Made by a program: the position numbers and the translations under genes. The notes under the pieces were generated by a model. The model saw only the letters and a list, made by a program, of their open reading frames with translations, made no database searches and was not told the DNA's origin. A stretch of 64,000 nucleotides of DNA from a virus: the IMG/VR virus record IMGVR_UViG_3300021962_000027; one strand, given 5' to 3'. Shown here one piece after another: positions 1-11,004 of the stretch. Position 1 is the stretch's first letter. Each line of letters opens with the position of its first letter.

Positions 1-1
1 A

Positions 2-199
2 ATGAAACAATATTTAGAATTTGTAACTGACGGGTTATTAGTTAAATTCGGTTGCAAGAAAGAATTTAATGTCGAACAACCTTTTAAATTCATGGAGCAA
101 ATCGCTGTCGAAACAAAGGGTAATTTCTTCGAGTCTAGAACAATGGAATACCAAAAGGCTAAGTTGAATGAGAAACTTAGTTTCACTGATGATTTCTAA
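2..199 (+). CDS. nrdB: Ribonucleotide reductase class Ia beta subunit, C-terminal fragment (gene begins before window)
   Basis: R2 C-terminal motifs KQYLEFVTD, PFKFME, KGNFFE..EYQKA and the eukaryote-like tail FTDDF; directly upstream of nrdA. Confidence 0.92.
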   Translation: MKQYLEFVTDGLLVKFGCKKEFNVEQPFKFMEQIAVETKGNFFESRTMEYQKAKLNEKLSFTDDF

Positions 200-235
200 T
201 TAAAATTAAAATATTAACATAACATTAAAAATAAA

Positions 236-2647
236 ATGATCATACAAAAACGTAATGATGAACAAGCTGCGTTTAATCCTACAAAGATTTTAACAAGAAT
301 TAAAAAAGCTGCCAAAGGTTTAAAAGTTAACACTGATGAAATATTCATCAAAGTTATAACTTCACTACCAAATGAAGGGGTGGTAACAACAAAAGAGATT
401 GATAAATTGATAGCTGAGATCGCTGCATCATATACTGGTAGTCACTATGATTACAGTAAATTAGCCGCAAATATCGCTATCTCTTCTTATCATAAAGAAA
501 CAAACCCAAGTTTTAGTGAAACAATGAGTTTGTTAGCTGAAGATGATATTATCAACGAGACGCTAATTAAAATGATTAATGAATACGGGCCAGATAAAAT
601 TGATGGTGCTATTAATCATGAAAAAGATTTCCAGTTTGATTATTTCGCTTGGAGATCACTACATGAAATGTATTTAACAAAAACATCTCAAGGTAAACAA
701 ATTGAAAGACCACAGCACATGTATATGCGTGTAGCTTTATGGGTTACAAATTCGTTTGAAGAGGCTGTTGAATACTATGAGGCTTTATCAAGCCAATTTA
801 TCTCCCCTGCAACACCTATCATGATTAATTCAGGTACCAAAATCCCTCAATTAGCATCATGTGTGTTACACTACAATAACGATGACTCAAGAAACGGTCT
901 TTTAGACAGTTTAAGGGACATCTCTGTTTATTCCGCTGACGCAGCTGGTATTGGACTATGTATGTCAAATATCCGTAGTAAAGAAAGTAGAATTAAAACA
1001 TCTGGCGGTTTTGCTGGTGGGTTATTAAAATACCTTAAAATCGTAAACGAATCACTTCGTTTCTTTAACCAACAAGGACGTAGACCAGGAAGTGCCGCAA
1101 TTTATATCGAACCATGGCATAAAGATATTTTTGACCTACTTGAAATTAAAAAGAATACTGGTGCTGAAGAATTAAGAGCAAGAGATTTGTTCACAGCATT
1201 ATGGATTCCAGATAATTTCATGAGAGCTGTCGAAGAAGATGGTGATTGGTATTTATTCTGCCCGAATGACATCGTTAAGAACGGTATTAAGCCACTTCAG
1301 GAGTGTTTTGGTGATGAGTATGAGGCTAACTATGACAAAGCCGTAGAAATGGGCTTAGGTAAGAAAGTAAAGGCTCAGGATATTTGGATTAAAGTTATTG
1401 AATCACAGGTTGAAACTGGTATACCATATCTTTGTTCAAAAGATAACGCTAACAAAAAAACGAATCATCAGAATATCGGTGTTATTAAACAATCAAACCT
1501 TTGTAACGAAATTTACCAATTCACAGATGAAAAAACAACAGCTATCTGTACACTGTCATCTGTAGTTGTTAAAAACTATGTAAAAAACAAAACTTTTGAT
1601 TTTGACCACATGTATCATGAAGTTAGAAAAGTTGTTAGGGCGCTAAATAAAGTTATTGATATTAATTCATATTCAACTGAAAAGGGTAAAAAAGGTGGTC
1701 TTGAACAAAGGGCGATTGCTATTGGTGTACAAGGTTTGGCTGATGTATTCTTTTTAATGGATTACGTTTTCACATCGGATGAGGCTAAAGAATTGAATAA
1801 GAAAATTTTTGAAACCATATATTTTGCGGCTATTAGCGAAAGTAATGATTTATGTAAATCTGGTGAGTATAAATCTTACAAATATTTTAAAGGGTCCCCG
1901 ATGTCAAAAGGGGAGTTCCAATTTGATATGTGGGGTGTTGATAAAAATGAATTGATGTGGGATTGGAATTCATTAAAAGCGTCTGTTAGAGAACACGGTA
2001 TTTGTAATAGTTTATTCACAGCGCAAATGCCAGTAGCTTCTTCAGCTAAAATTACTGGATCATATGAAATGACAGAAGTTATTCCATCTAATTTATTCAA
2101 TAGAAGAGTTGTTGGTGGTGAGTTCTTAATCGCAAATAGATATTTGATTGAAGACTTTGAGGATTTGGGTATTTGGTCAGAAACTTTTAAAAATGAAATC
2201 ATTATGAACGAAGGTTCTATCCAAAACATTAACTTTAACAAGTTTTTGGACCCAAATGACAAACATTATGAGAAAAAAATCAAAAGAATTGAGCATTTAA
2301 TCCAAAAATATAGAACAATCTGGGAAGTTTCACAGAAAGAATTGATTGATATGGCGGCTGATAGAGCACCATTTATTGATCAATCACAATCTATGAACGT
2401 TTATTTCCAGGCACCGACTGTTCAGAAATTATCATCTAGTCACTTTTGGGCTTGGAAACGTGGTCTTAAATCACTTTCTTACTATGTGAGAACAAAAGCT
2501 ATTTCAACAGGGGCGAAACACTTAGCAATTAATGTTTCAGCGACTGAATCAGCAATATCAGCTATGGTTAAACCAGAGCCAGCTCAAATACAAGAAGTAA
2601 CTAAACCAGAGAATAGTCAATTCGATTGTTTCGGATGTAGTTCTTAA
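236..2647 (+). CDS. nrdA: Ribonucleotide reductase class Ia alpha subunit with N-terminal ATP-cone
   Basis: ATP-cone start (IQKRN..FNPTKI), ERPQHMYMRVA, PATP, QLASC, SNLCNE catalytic motif, MPVASS, DQSQS, YYVR, C-terminal CFGC. Confidence 0.97.
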   Translation: MIIQKRNDEQAAFNPTKILTRIKKAAKGLKVNTDEIFIKVITSLPNEGVVTTKEIDKLIAEIAASYTGSHYDYSKLAANIAISSYHKETNPSFSETMSLLAEDDIINETLIKMINEYGPDKIDGAINHEKDFQFDYFAWRSLHEMYLTKTSQGKQIERPQHMYMRVALWVTNSFEEAVEYYEALSSQFISPATPIMINSGTKIPQLASCVLHYNNDDSRNGLLDSLRDISVYSADAAGIGLCMSNIRSKESRIKTSGGFAGGLLKYLKIVNESLRFFNQQGRRPGSAAIYIEPWHKDIFDLLEIKKNTGAEELRARDLFTALWIPDNFMRAVEEDGDWYLFCPNDIVKNGIKPLQECFGDEYEANYDKAVEMGLGKKVKAQDIWIKVIESQVETGIPYLCSKDNANKKTNHQNIGVIKQSNLCNEIYQFTDEKTTAICTLSSVVVKNYVKNKTFDFDHMYHEVRKVVRALNKVIDINSYSTEKGKKGGLEQRAIAIGVQGLADVFFLMDYVFTSDEAKELNKKIFETIYFAAISESNDLCKSGEYKSYKYFKGSPMSKGEFQFDMWGVDKNELMWDWNSLKASVREHGICNSLFTAQMPVASSAKITGSYEMTEVIPSNLFNRRVVGGEFLIANRYLIEDFEDLGIWSETFKNEIIMNEGSIQNINFNKFLDPNDKHYEKKIKRIEHLIQKYRTIWEVSQKELIDMAADRAPFIDQSQSMNVYFQAPTVQKLSSSHFWAWKRGLKSLSYYVRTKAISTGAKHLAINVSATESAISAMVKPEPAQIQEVTKPENSQFDCFGCSS

Positions 2648-2687
2648 CCAAATATAGGTTATTAGTTACACATTATTTCAATAATAT

Positions 2688-2716
2688 AAATCCCACCTAA
2701 CTGGTGGGATTTTTTT
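2688..2716 (+). terminator. Rho-independent terminator after nrdA
   Basis: AAATCCCACC-TAACT-GGTGGGATTT hairpin followed by a T-run. Confidence 0.9.
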
Positions 2717-2741
2717 ATTTACAAAAAATAAAATATACCGA

Positions 2742-2753
2742 TATTTATTTATA
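2742..2753 (+). promoter_or_regulatory. TATTTAT(A/T) putative phage late promoter
   Basis: Motif lies between the terminator and the baseplate operon start; it recurs before other structural/late operons. Confidence 0.55.
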
Positions 2754-2761
2754 AAAGATTT

Positions 2762-3178
2762 ATGGCAATAAAGAAACAAACATTTGGTATGGATTTCCCA
2801 TTCGTTAATTCGAATAGTGGTGATTATGTTGGATTAACCACAATACCCGAATCAGAGGTTAAAGCTATGCTAATCCATTTATTATTAACAAAAAAGGGAT
2901 CCAGATATTTTTTGCCAGATTTTGGTACAAATTTATATCAATATATATTTGAACCGTTAGATGATATAACCTTAGGTAAAATAGAGGCTGAGATTCAAGA
3001 TGCGGTTGAAAAATACATTCCAAATTTAAAATTAAACGATGTTGTCATTACCAGAGTTGGTGACGAGGAGCGATATAAAAATGACACTGAAAGAGAACAT
3101 CAGATTAGGATAAACCTAGATTATACAATAACAACAAAAACGTTCCAGACAAGCGATAAATTGGCTATAACACTATAA
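2762..3178 (+). CDS. Baseplate wedge subunit, gp25/GpW-like
   Basis: LLLTKKGSRYFLPDFGTNL..IFEP..I..AVEKYIP gp25 signature; 138 aa. Confidence 0.9.
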   Translation: MAIKKQTFGMDFPFVNSNSGDYVGLTTIPESEVKAMLIHLLLTKKGSRYFLPDFGTNLYQYIFEPLDDITLGKIEAEIQDAVEKYIPNLKLNDVVITRVGDEERYKNDTEREHQIRINLDYTITTKTFQTSDKLAITL

Positions 3179-3181
3179 AAA

Positions 3182-4993
3182 ATGGCAAGACAGATAAATT
3201 ACAGTAAAAGAGATTTCGCTTCCTTAAAAACGGAGCAAATCAATTACATTAAACAGTATTACCCAGAAGTTGTACAGAATTTTAACGATGCATCTATACT
3301 ATCAGTATTTTTGGATTTGAATGCAGCTATTGCGGATAATTTAAACTATCAGATTGACCGTGCATTACAAGAAACGGTTCTTGATTACGCTCAAGAAAGA
3401 CAATCTTTATATAATATCGCCAAAACATATGGTTTAAAGTTACCAACTAAGTCAGCCGCTGTTGCGGTTGTTGAGTTTACAGCGCAAGTTCCAGTTTATG
3501 GTGACCAAGAAGATAAAAAATATTTACCAATTATTAAAGCTGGTACACAAGTTAGTAACGGTTCTGGTGCGTATGAGGTATTATATGACATTGATTTTGC
3601 TTCCGCAACTAATAGTTCTGGTAATGTTGATAGAACTAAAAGACCAATTTTTATAAATAATAAATTAACTGGTTATAGTATAACAAAAACTGGTATTGTT
3701 GTTGCGGGGTCTAGTAAAGTTTACACACAATCGTTCTCAACAACGCAACCATTCTATAAGATAACATTACCAGAGAATAACGTATTATCAGTTGATTCAA
3801 TAATACACAAAGCTGGTACTAATTATACAGCAACACCAGCTGAGAGTGAATTTTATAGTAGTTCTAATAAATGGTATGAGGTACCATCATTAGCTGAAGA
3901 TAATGTTTTTACCGAAGATACAACAGCACCAAGGGTCAACGGAATTGCTAAAGGTGTTTACCAGAAAATTGATAAAAGATATATCACCGAATTCACCCCA
4001 AATGGGTTCTGTCAGATAACATTTGGTGCTCAAACTGATTCATCGTTTGATATTTTAGATGATTTCATGGATGGTGGTAGTTTTAGTCTAAAAAGTTTTT
4101 TAAGAAACGGTAGTTTAGGTATGGCCCCGATCACAAACACCACAATGTTCGTTAAATATAGAATAGGTGGTGGTGTTGAATCCAATACAGGTGTTGGTAC
4201 GATAACCGATATAACTAGGTTAAACGCAACAATTAATGGACCAGATCAGAATATTAACTCAACGGTAAGGGCCTCTATTGGTGTTAACAACACAACACCA
4301 GCTGTTGGTGGTTCAGATGAACCAACAATCGAGGAATTAAGAAATTATATAGCGTATAACTTTTCTGCTCAAAATAGAGCTGTTACACTAAATGATTATA
4401 AGGGTTTAATCATGTCAATGCCTAGTGTATTCGGTTCACCCGCTAAAACGAGTATAACCCAAAGACAAAATAAGATTGAGATAGGTGTTTTAACTTATGA
4501 CGCTAACGGTGCTATATCAAATGTCGTTTCATCTCTATTGATGGAAAATATCGCTGCATATCTTTCTAAATATAGAATGATTAATGATTATGTTATTGTT
4601 AAACCAGCTGAAGTTGTTGATCTAGGTTTTGAGGTTAGCGTGTTAGTTGAAACGGGACAGCAAGTTCAAGTATCCGCTAAAATATCTAATACTGTTAAAG
4701 GCGAGTTTACTAATGATAAAACAAATCTTGGTAAGAGCTATAGTGTTGGTGAAATGATTAAGAAAATCACACAAATTGATGGTGTATTAAATGTTAATTA
4801 CATTAAAGCCTACAACAAAACGGGCTCTGGGTATTCATCTAATACAACAAAACAAACAATAATTGATACAGCAACTGGTGAGATTGATATCACAAACAAT
4901 TACATCATCGTTGAGGAATATCAAATGCTTAATATTAAAAAACCTGATGTTGATATTAAAATCATACCAATAATAGCAACAGGGATTAATTAA
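3182..4993 (+). CDS. Baseplate wedge protein (T4 gp6 / baseplate J-like)
   Basis: DFASLK, A..R.SLYNIAK.YG, GGSDEPTIEELR, QNRAVTLNDY motifs; follows gp25. Confidence 0.88.
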   Translation: MARQINYSKRDFASLKTEQINYIKQYYPEVVQNFNDASILSVFLDLNAAIADNLNYQIDRALQETVLDYAQERQSLYNIAKTYGLKLPTKSAAVAVVEFTAQVPVYGDQEDKKYLPIIKAGTQVSNGSGAYEVLYDIDFASATNSSGNVDRTKRPIFINNKLTGYSITKTGIVVAGSSKVYTQSFSTTQPFYKITLPENNVLSVDSIIHKAGTNYTATPAESEFYSSSNKWYEVPSLAEDNVFTEDTTAPRVNGIAKGVYQKIDKRYITEFTPNGFCQITFGAQTDSSFDILDDFMDGGSFSLKSFLRNGSLGMAPITNTTMFVKYRIGGGVESNTGVGTITDITRLNATINGPDQNINSTVRASIGVNNTTPAVGGSDEPTIEELRNYIAYNFSAQNRAVTLNDYKGLIMSMPSVFGSPAKTSITQRQNKIEIGVLTYDANGAISNVVSSLLMENIAAYLSKYRMINDYVIVKPAEVVDLGFEVSVLVETGQQVQVSAKISNTVKGEFTNDKTNLGKSYSVGEMIKKITQIDGVLNVNYIKAYNKTGSGYSSNTTKQTIIDTATGEIDITNNYIIVEEYQMLNIKKPDVDIKIIPIIATGIN

Positions 4994-4995
4994 GG

Positions 4996-7242
4996 ATGGA
5001 GAAAAACATTAAAATAGTATTAAATCAGGATACACCAGATGAAAGAATATTAGTTAATCTAGAAGATGAGTTTGATAATTTAGAGGTTTTAAGCTTAAAA
5101 ATATCAAGCACGGATGTATATAGAAAAACTTCGTCTGATTTTGGTGTTATTGTTGGTAGGGTACAAACTACTAATGGATATGGTTTGCAAAATGCGAAAA
5201 TATCGATATTTGTACCTATTGATCCAGCTGATAAAGAAAGACCTGAAATTACCGAACTATACCCATTTGAAACTGTCAACGACCAATTCCCAAACGGAGT
5301 TAGGTATAATTTGTTACCTAGGTTAAGAAATCAAAACCCTAGCCATAGAGCTGTGGGTAATTTACCCACTATAAACGATCTAACCCATTACCCTCAATAT
5401 CTTGAGATAATGGAAAAATATTACAAGTATACTGTCACAACAAATGATTCTGGTGATTATATGATATTCGGTGTACCAGTTGGTTCGCATAATATTATGA
5501 TGGATTTCGATTTGTTTGATACAAAAAGTTTTGAGATAACAGCAAATGATTTAGTTGAAACAACAACAGAGTACGCTAATATAAAAGACCTTAGAGACGC
5601 AACAAATGCAGCGGATAATAACAATCCAAATAAAGTACCTAATTTTATTTATAAGGGTAGTGACTCTTTCGATGTTGAAGTTAAAACGAACATTAACCAG
5701 ATGCCAAACATATTTAATGAGATTAAGCAGGTTAATGTCGCTTCTTTCTGGGGTGATGATGTTGAACATGACGTTGGTATCACAAGATGTGATTTCAAGA
5801 TAAATTATAAGTACACACCAACAGCTATCTTTTTTGGTTGGTTATCTTCAGTAACAGGTGGTTTTGAGGTTAAAAAAGATTATTCAGTTAACAAACCTAA
5901 AGACATTGATCAAACGGATTTACCACTAGAGTTAAGAGGGTTCGATTCTAATAAAGGAAGAGATACGGGTGATATCTGGCCATTACAAGAATTAATGGTT
6001 GTCATCTACAGGTTAGATGATAAATTAACCCCTGGTAGTAGAGTTAGAGTCGGGGCTTTTAAGGCCGAACATGGTACTGGTGTATTTAGGATTTCTTTAC
6101 CCATGTACATGGAGTACTATAAATTAAACCAATTTGGTGACTTAGTACCAACCGATGATGTTGACAACGGTATACCAACTAAAGGTTATTACGCTTTTGA
6201 AATATATGATATTGCTGAAGCTTGGCAAACCAGATACCCTTGGGGTTATTATAGGTTGTCACCAACACCTGGTATTAGAGTACCCGCATCAACTAATGGT
6301 GAGGTCTTAACTGGTGGATGGGAAGGAACAAATACGGGTTTATTTGAGTATGATATTATTAATAGAAAAAGGAAATTTTACACAATAAAAACTAAATACA
6401 ATAAACACAAAGCGGATAATGTATCAATACCTGGTGATTATGTTAGTTACATACCACAAACCAATGAGTTTAAAGATATACCTTGGAATTTCCCTGTTGA
6501 CAGGAGAGATGTACCAACTATATCTAGCATTGAAGTCATAGGATCAGCAATCTTACCTAAATATGAGTTTGATGTTGATACCACTGTTTTTGATTGGGGT
6601 AGACTTGATGACAAGGACTATAACCCAGAAATGATATCCCCAGCCAATATTCTTAATTTGATTAGAATACCAAAAGATTTATCATATAATGAATCTGTTA
6701 AAGAACTTGAATACCACCTTGGTATTGGTGTTGGTTTAAATGGTAAAAATAGTGGCACCGTTTATACAAATATATTTAGGGGTGATGATTTTATTAACAG
6801 CGCAACTGGGGAAAACTATTATGGTGACACACCAACCTTCGATTTTGGTGATAACTCAAATGGTAAACTAAACCTTAGTTTATTCGCCATTGAATTAGCT
6901 AAAAAACCAGACGCAACTGTTAGCACTGGTGGAACACACAGAAGATTCACACAAGCCTATAGCGGTACATACACATTAGGTCCATTTATATCATCAATAA
7001 ATGATCAAAACAAGATTTCCCTAATGGAATTCTCAATTTATGATATAACAGATGATCTGGATGGTTTGATAGATAATAAAGTTTACACGTCATACGGTTT
7101 TTACACAGGTAGCGTACCACCAACAGAGTTTAACCCAGAGATATCAAATAGATTTAGAGCAAACTATTATTACTTTGGTCTTTGGGATGGTGCAAACGCT
7201 TTAAAATCAATAGAAAAAAATTATTTTACGGACAATGAGTAA
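4996..7242 (+). CDS. Putative baseplate/virion structural protein with N-terminal beta-sandwich (carboxypeptidase-regulatory-like) segment
   Basis: 748-aa ORF in the baseplate operon; GVIVGRV..NAKISIF..TTNDSGDYMIFGVPVG pattern. Confidence 0.6.
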   Translation: MEKNIKIVLNQDTPDERILVNLEDEFDNLEVLSLKISSTDVYRKTSSDFGVIVGRVQTTNGYGLQNAKISIFVPIDPADKERPEITELYPFETVNDQFPNGVRYNLLPRLRNQNPSHRAVGNLPTINDLTHYPQYLEIMEKYYKYTVTTNDSGDYMIFGVPVGSHNIMMDFDLFDTKSFEITANDLVETTTEYANIKDLRDATNAADNNNPNKVPNFIYKGSDSFDVEVKTNINQMPNIFNEIKQVNVASFWGDDVEHDVGITRCDFKINYKYTPTAIFFGWLSSVTGGFEVKKDYSVNKPKDIDQTDLPLELRGFDSNKGRDTGDIWPLQELMVVIYRLDDKLTPGSRVRVGAFKAEHGTGVFRISLPMYMEYYKLNQFGDLVPTDDVDNGIPTKGYYAFEIYDIAEAWQTRYPWGYYRLSPTPGIRVPASTNGEVLTGGWEGTNTGLFEYDIINRKRKFYTIKTKYNKHKADNVSIPGDYVSYIPQTNEFKDIPWNFPVDRRDVPTISSIEVIGSAILPKYEFDVDTTVFDWGRLDDKDYNPEMISPANILNLIRIPKDLSYNESVKELEYHLGIGVGLNGKNSGTVYTNIFRGDDFINSATGENYYGDTPTFDFGDNSNGKLNLSLFAIELAKKPDATVSTGGTHRRFTQAYSGTYTLGPFISSINDQNKISLMEFSIYDITDDLDGLIDNKVYTSYGFYTGSVPPTEFNPEISNRFRANYYYFGLWDGANALKSIEKNYFTDNE

Positions 7243-8899
7243 TATTGTAGAAATATTGGGTTCAAAAAAGTTTGTTGGTTCAAAAACCGAAACATTAAAA
7301 ACTAGATTGATATTAGAGCAACCTGGTAAGGTTAGGGATGAGTATAATTTATTCACAAACATCTCCCAAGACGAACAATTTGTTAAAGAAAAAAATGAAA
7401 ATGATAAGTACAAAGTATACGGTACAATATCACCAGCGATAAGTAAAAAAGCTTACTATCGTAATAACAAATTAAATGTCGATAAAAATGTTTTAGATTT
7501 TACACCAGATAACTGGTCTTTGGTTTTATGTAGACCAGTTAAACATGTTAATGATAAAGGTAAAAAACAATATACTATTACATATACAAATGAAAATGGT
7601 AAAGATTTAAAATATGACTTGGATTTAAGTAAGGGTTTACCAGCATCATTGATTTACCCATCGATAAAGACTGGCCCTCAGAACGTTAGTTTTTTAATGA
7701 ATTACGGACATAATTTTCTTGTCGGTGATCAAATATATGTTAGATCTAATGATAGTAGATTTAAAACTGATTTATATTTCATAACAAACGTTAATGGTAA
7801 ATTGATCACCATTAATTTACCCATGAACCCTAAATCTTTTTTTTATGCTGAAAAAGTTGATGAAAAGGTGAATATTTTCACAAATAACCAAGCGATTGCT
7901 TTGACACCGACAACACCCTCAAATCAATTTACAGGGGTTATAAGGAATGTACAGACAACAAATGATGATAGTGACTTAATTAATATTTTAAAGGCTGAGA
8001 GACCAACCCCTTATCGTTTATTCAGCGCTAATTTCTCAATATCAAAAGTTATTGATAATGAGGTTCTTGAATATTACGTAAAACAAGCACAAGTTGTTCA
8101 GGTTTTAAACACCTTCGACCAATGCGGTTTTTCATATAATTTATTTAATGAACCGTTGTATAATTTTTATTTCGAAGATGATTTTAACATATCTGGTTTA
8201 TTGGATAATAAAGGTGAGCCTATGACTAACTGTTATTTAGGGGTTATAAAAAACGGTGCCACATCTGAAAAAGTTTTTAGTACTGTTGAGTCTAATTTTG
8301 AACCATTAATTGATTATACAAACCCAGGTGAAGGTATCAAAAGAATAGCCGATGTGTCAAACACAACAATATCTGATAAACCAGACATTAATAATATTTT
8401 TGATATTGGTATATATGAGTATTCAGCTGAAAATTTAACAGAGGAATTAATATCACCTGTACAACATAATTTCATACACAATTACGTACTATTCAAATAT
8501 AAACCTTTTCAAGAGATTGATTTAAGACTAAGGTCTTCCTATATTGAGGATTCGGTTTCAAATTCGTTTATACCAAAATACGCTTTATATAGTAGAAAAA
8601 CGGACAAATACATCTGGAGAGATATACTTGATTTAGGTATATCCGATAACGATGGTAATGTTTTAGACTACCCATTTTTAAACGGATCCAGATATGCGTA
8701 CCAAAGATTAGTGTTTAATGTTTTAACTGAAAAAAATAAAACAAAAAAATATAAACTAAATGTCAATGACATAACCAACATCGATTCACTTAATTCGGTT
8801 GATGATTACACTGGTGATATTGTTAACGATCTATTTGGTAATAATAATGACACTAATTTGGATGACCCATTCAAAACATATACAGACGAAAAATGCTAA
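7235..8899 (+). CDS. Putative virion structural protein
   Basis: 554-aa ORF overlapping both neighbours within the baseplate operon. Confidence 0.55.
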   Translation: MSNIVEILGSKKFVGSKTETLKTRLILEQPGKVRDEYNLFTNISQDEQFVKEKNENDKYKVYGTISPAISKKAYYRNNKLNVDKNVLDFTPDNWSLVLCRPVKHVNDKGKKQYTITYTNENGKDLKYDLDLSKGLPASLIYPSIKTGPQNVSFLMNYGHNFLVGDQIYVRSNDSRFKTDLYFITNVNGKLITINLPMNPKSFFYAEKVDEKVNIFTNNQAIALTPTTPSNQFTGVIRNVQTTNDDSDLINILKAERPTPYRLFSANFSISKVIDNEVLEYYVKQAQVVQVLNTFDQCGFSYNLFNEPLYNFYFEDDFNISGLLDNKGEPMTNCYLGVIKNGATSEKVFSTVESNFEPLIDYTNPGEGIKRIADVSNTTISDKPDINNIFDIGIYEYSAENLTEELISPVQHNFIHNYVLFKYKPFQEIDLRLRSSYIEDSVSNSFIPKYALYSRKTDKYIWRDILDLGISDNDGNVLDYPFLNGSRYAYQRLVFNVLTEKNKTKKYKLNVNDITNIDSLNSVDDYTGDIVNDLFGNNNDTNLDDPFKTYTDEKC

Positions 8900-11004
8900 G
8901 AAAACTATTTAAAAAAGATACAACACTATCAACCAGTATATTTGTTAGTTCAGAGGACGGTTCATCTGATAGGGAGTTTGTTTTTAGCAAAACCTTGGAT
9001 ATTGAATCATTGGTTAACATAAACGGCATTGTTGATTTTGAAAGTGCGGAGTTTAAACCTAATGAAAGTAAATTAGAGGTTGATTTATTTTTCTTAAGAT
9101 ATATAGAAGATGGTGAAATTGATACCATATCATCTTACTTAGAGAAAGATTTTACGGACTATCACGCAAAAGTTTTAGAGGTGAGTAAAAACATAAAAAC
9201 TAGCGAGTTATTTGAAATTAAATCTTCAGATAATTTACGAGCCGTTAAATTTGATAACGAAAAATTACTTTCAGCTACTGAAATTAATAGCGAAAAGCCA
9301 TACGTGGTTATTGACCCGATGGTTGAGCTAAGAAAAAAGTATCCAGCAAAACCTGGTAGACCACACTTTTATAACACATTTACTTTCCCGTTTTGGGATA
9401 AAAAGGATTTATGGGGTGGGTTAAAATATGGTTTTAATAATAAAACTTACACATATAGTTCATTCTTATTATTAGAAATTTTCGATGATTATAATGTTGA
9501 GACACAGAAAAGAATAACAACTATACCGATATATGTTTCAGATAGATATCTTTTTAACGAAAAAACAAAGGGTACTGACACCACGGCTGGTATTGAACAA
9601 AAAAGACCAGTTTTTAATTTAACGGAAGGTGTTGATGGTTATTCGTTCTTTTTTCTTAAAAATTACATTAAAACTGATTTTTATGTTAAATTTTATTTCT
9701 GGGATGCGTTAAACGGTAAAAAAATACAATTTATACCATCATCAAAAAATAATGTTGGTAAAAAATGGTTACAAGATGTTGAAAATTTCGACCAGAAGGA
9801 GTTATATCTTAAATATGACTTAGATTATACTAAAAAATCTTATACAATATACGATTTTAATGATAGAACCAATGAGTATGATCTAGAAACGGATCATATT
9901 GATCTTTATGAATTTGCTTATGATGACTATTGGTCGCAAATTAGCGCTTTAAACAATCAACCAACAGACTTACAAATACCGACAAACCCAAGAGAATACG
10001 GTGATTTATTATTATCAGCAAACTCAATAAAAAGGGATATTGCCGTTACTGACCTAAAACATGAGACATTGTCTGATGCTATTGCGGCCGGCCCTAATTA
10101 CGTACCAGTTGAGGTTAGATTTGATTATACTGATTATATTTCTAACGGATATACAATCCCTTATTCAATCGACCACTACCAAATTTCTGGGACAACGGAA
10201 GGGTATTTAAAATACCTATCAAATGATTTGAACATAAAAACAATCGGTTTATTAAAAAGTAAATTAAATAAATGCGTTAATGTTAATATCGAATCATTTA
10301 AAAGAACTATTGGTTCGCTTAGGGTAGAAAATAAACAAGAAATTAGTAATTATATAATTGATAATTTTAATTTACTTGATTTAACGTTTAAATCAAATGA
10401 ACCGACAATTGATTTATCAACTTACGGTTCACTTAAACATAATACCCAAACACTTGGTGATTCATCTTTACAGGTTGAATATTGTGTTTTACCTAAAAAA
10501 AGTATAACAGAAACTTACGATAATTATTACACTACTTTTGATACAGCTTGGTATAATTTTGTTGAGGCTAATAAACAAAAGGCTTCAAATGATTATTCAA
10601 TAACAATCACGAGTGAAATGTACACTGGTTTAATTAACAACCCAACCCACCAAATAAATTTTGCGAATATGATTGCTAATAAATCGTATTCAAGCATTCG
10701 TGATATTCCAAACAATATTACATCATACACAACATTGGATATAAACAGTTTACTATTAACAAAACCTCTCATAAAAGAGGATGGTATTACTATTGTTATC
10801 GAAGTACTAGACCCTAAGATCAACCCTAAAGAAGAAATAGTGTTAACTGTTGATTTGGTTATTGGCGCTGGTGCTCTATATAAGTTCGGTACTATAAAAG
10901 AGTTGGAGATCACTGGATTACTTGAGATAAATGTTTATAAAGAAGATATTGGTTTAGAGGATATGAAAAAAATAACGGTACCTATTAAAATTAATTTAAA
11001 ATAA
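8893..11004 (+). CDS. Putative virion structural protein
   Basis: 703-aa ORF, translationally coupled within the operon. Confidence 0.55.
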   Translation: MLRKLFKKDTTLSTSIFVSSEDGSSDREFVFSKTLDIESLVNINGIVDFESAEFKPNESKLEVDLFFLRYIEDGEIDTISSYLEKDFTDYHAKVLEVSKNIKTSELFEIKSSDNLRAVKFDNEKLLSATEINSEKPYVVIDPMVELRKKYPAKPGRPHFYNTFTFPFWDKKDLWGGLKYGFNNKTYTYSSFLLLEIFDDYNVETQKRITTIPIYVSDRYLFNEKTKGTDTTAGIEQKRPVFNLTEGVDGYSFFFLKNYIKTDFYVKFYFWDALNGKKIQFIPSSKNNVGKKWLQDVENFDQKELYLKYDLDYTKKSYTIYDFNDRTNEYDLETDHIDLYEFAYDDYWSQISALNNQPTDLQIPTNPREYGDLLLSANSIKRDIAVTDLKHETLSDAIAAGPNYVPVEVRFDYTDYISNGYTIPYSIDHYQISGTTEGYLKYLSNDLNIKTIGLLKSKLNKCVNVNIESFKRTIGSLRVENKQEISNYIIDNFNLLDLTFKSNEPTIDLSTYGSLKHNTQTLGDSSLQVEYCVLPKKSITETYDNYYTTFDTAWYNFVEANKQKASNDYSITITSEMYTGLINNPTHQINFANMIANKSYSSIRDIPNNITSYTTLDINSLLLTKPLIKEDGITIVIEVLDPKINPKEEIVLTVDLVIGAGALYKFGTIKELEITGLLEINVYKEDIGLEDMKKITVPIKINLK

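Noticed and set aside
1-2647. Eukaryotic/NCLDV origin suggested by eukaryote-like RNR, LRR and collagen-like genes; introns or inteins in nrdA
   Set aside because: Sigma-70, baseplate genes, intrinsic terminators and bacterial promoters show it is a phage; NrdA is normal length with no insertion.
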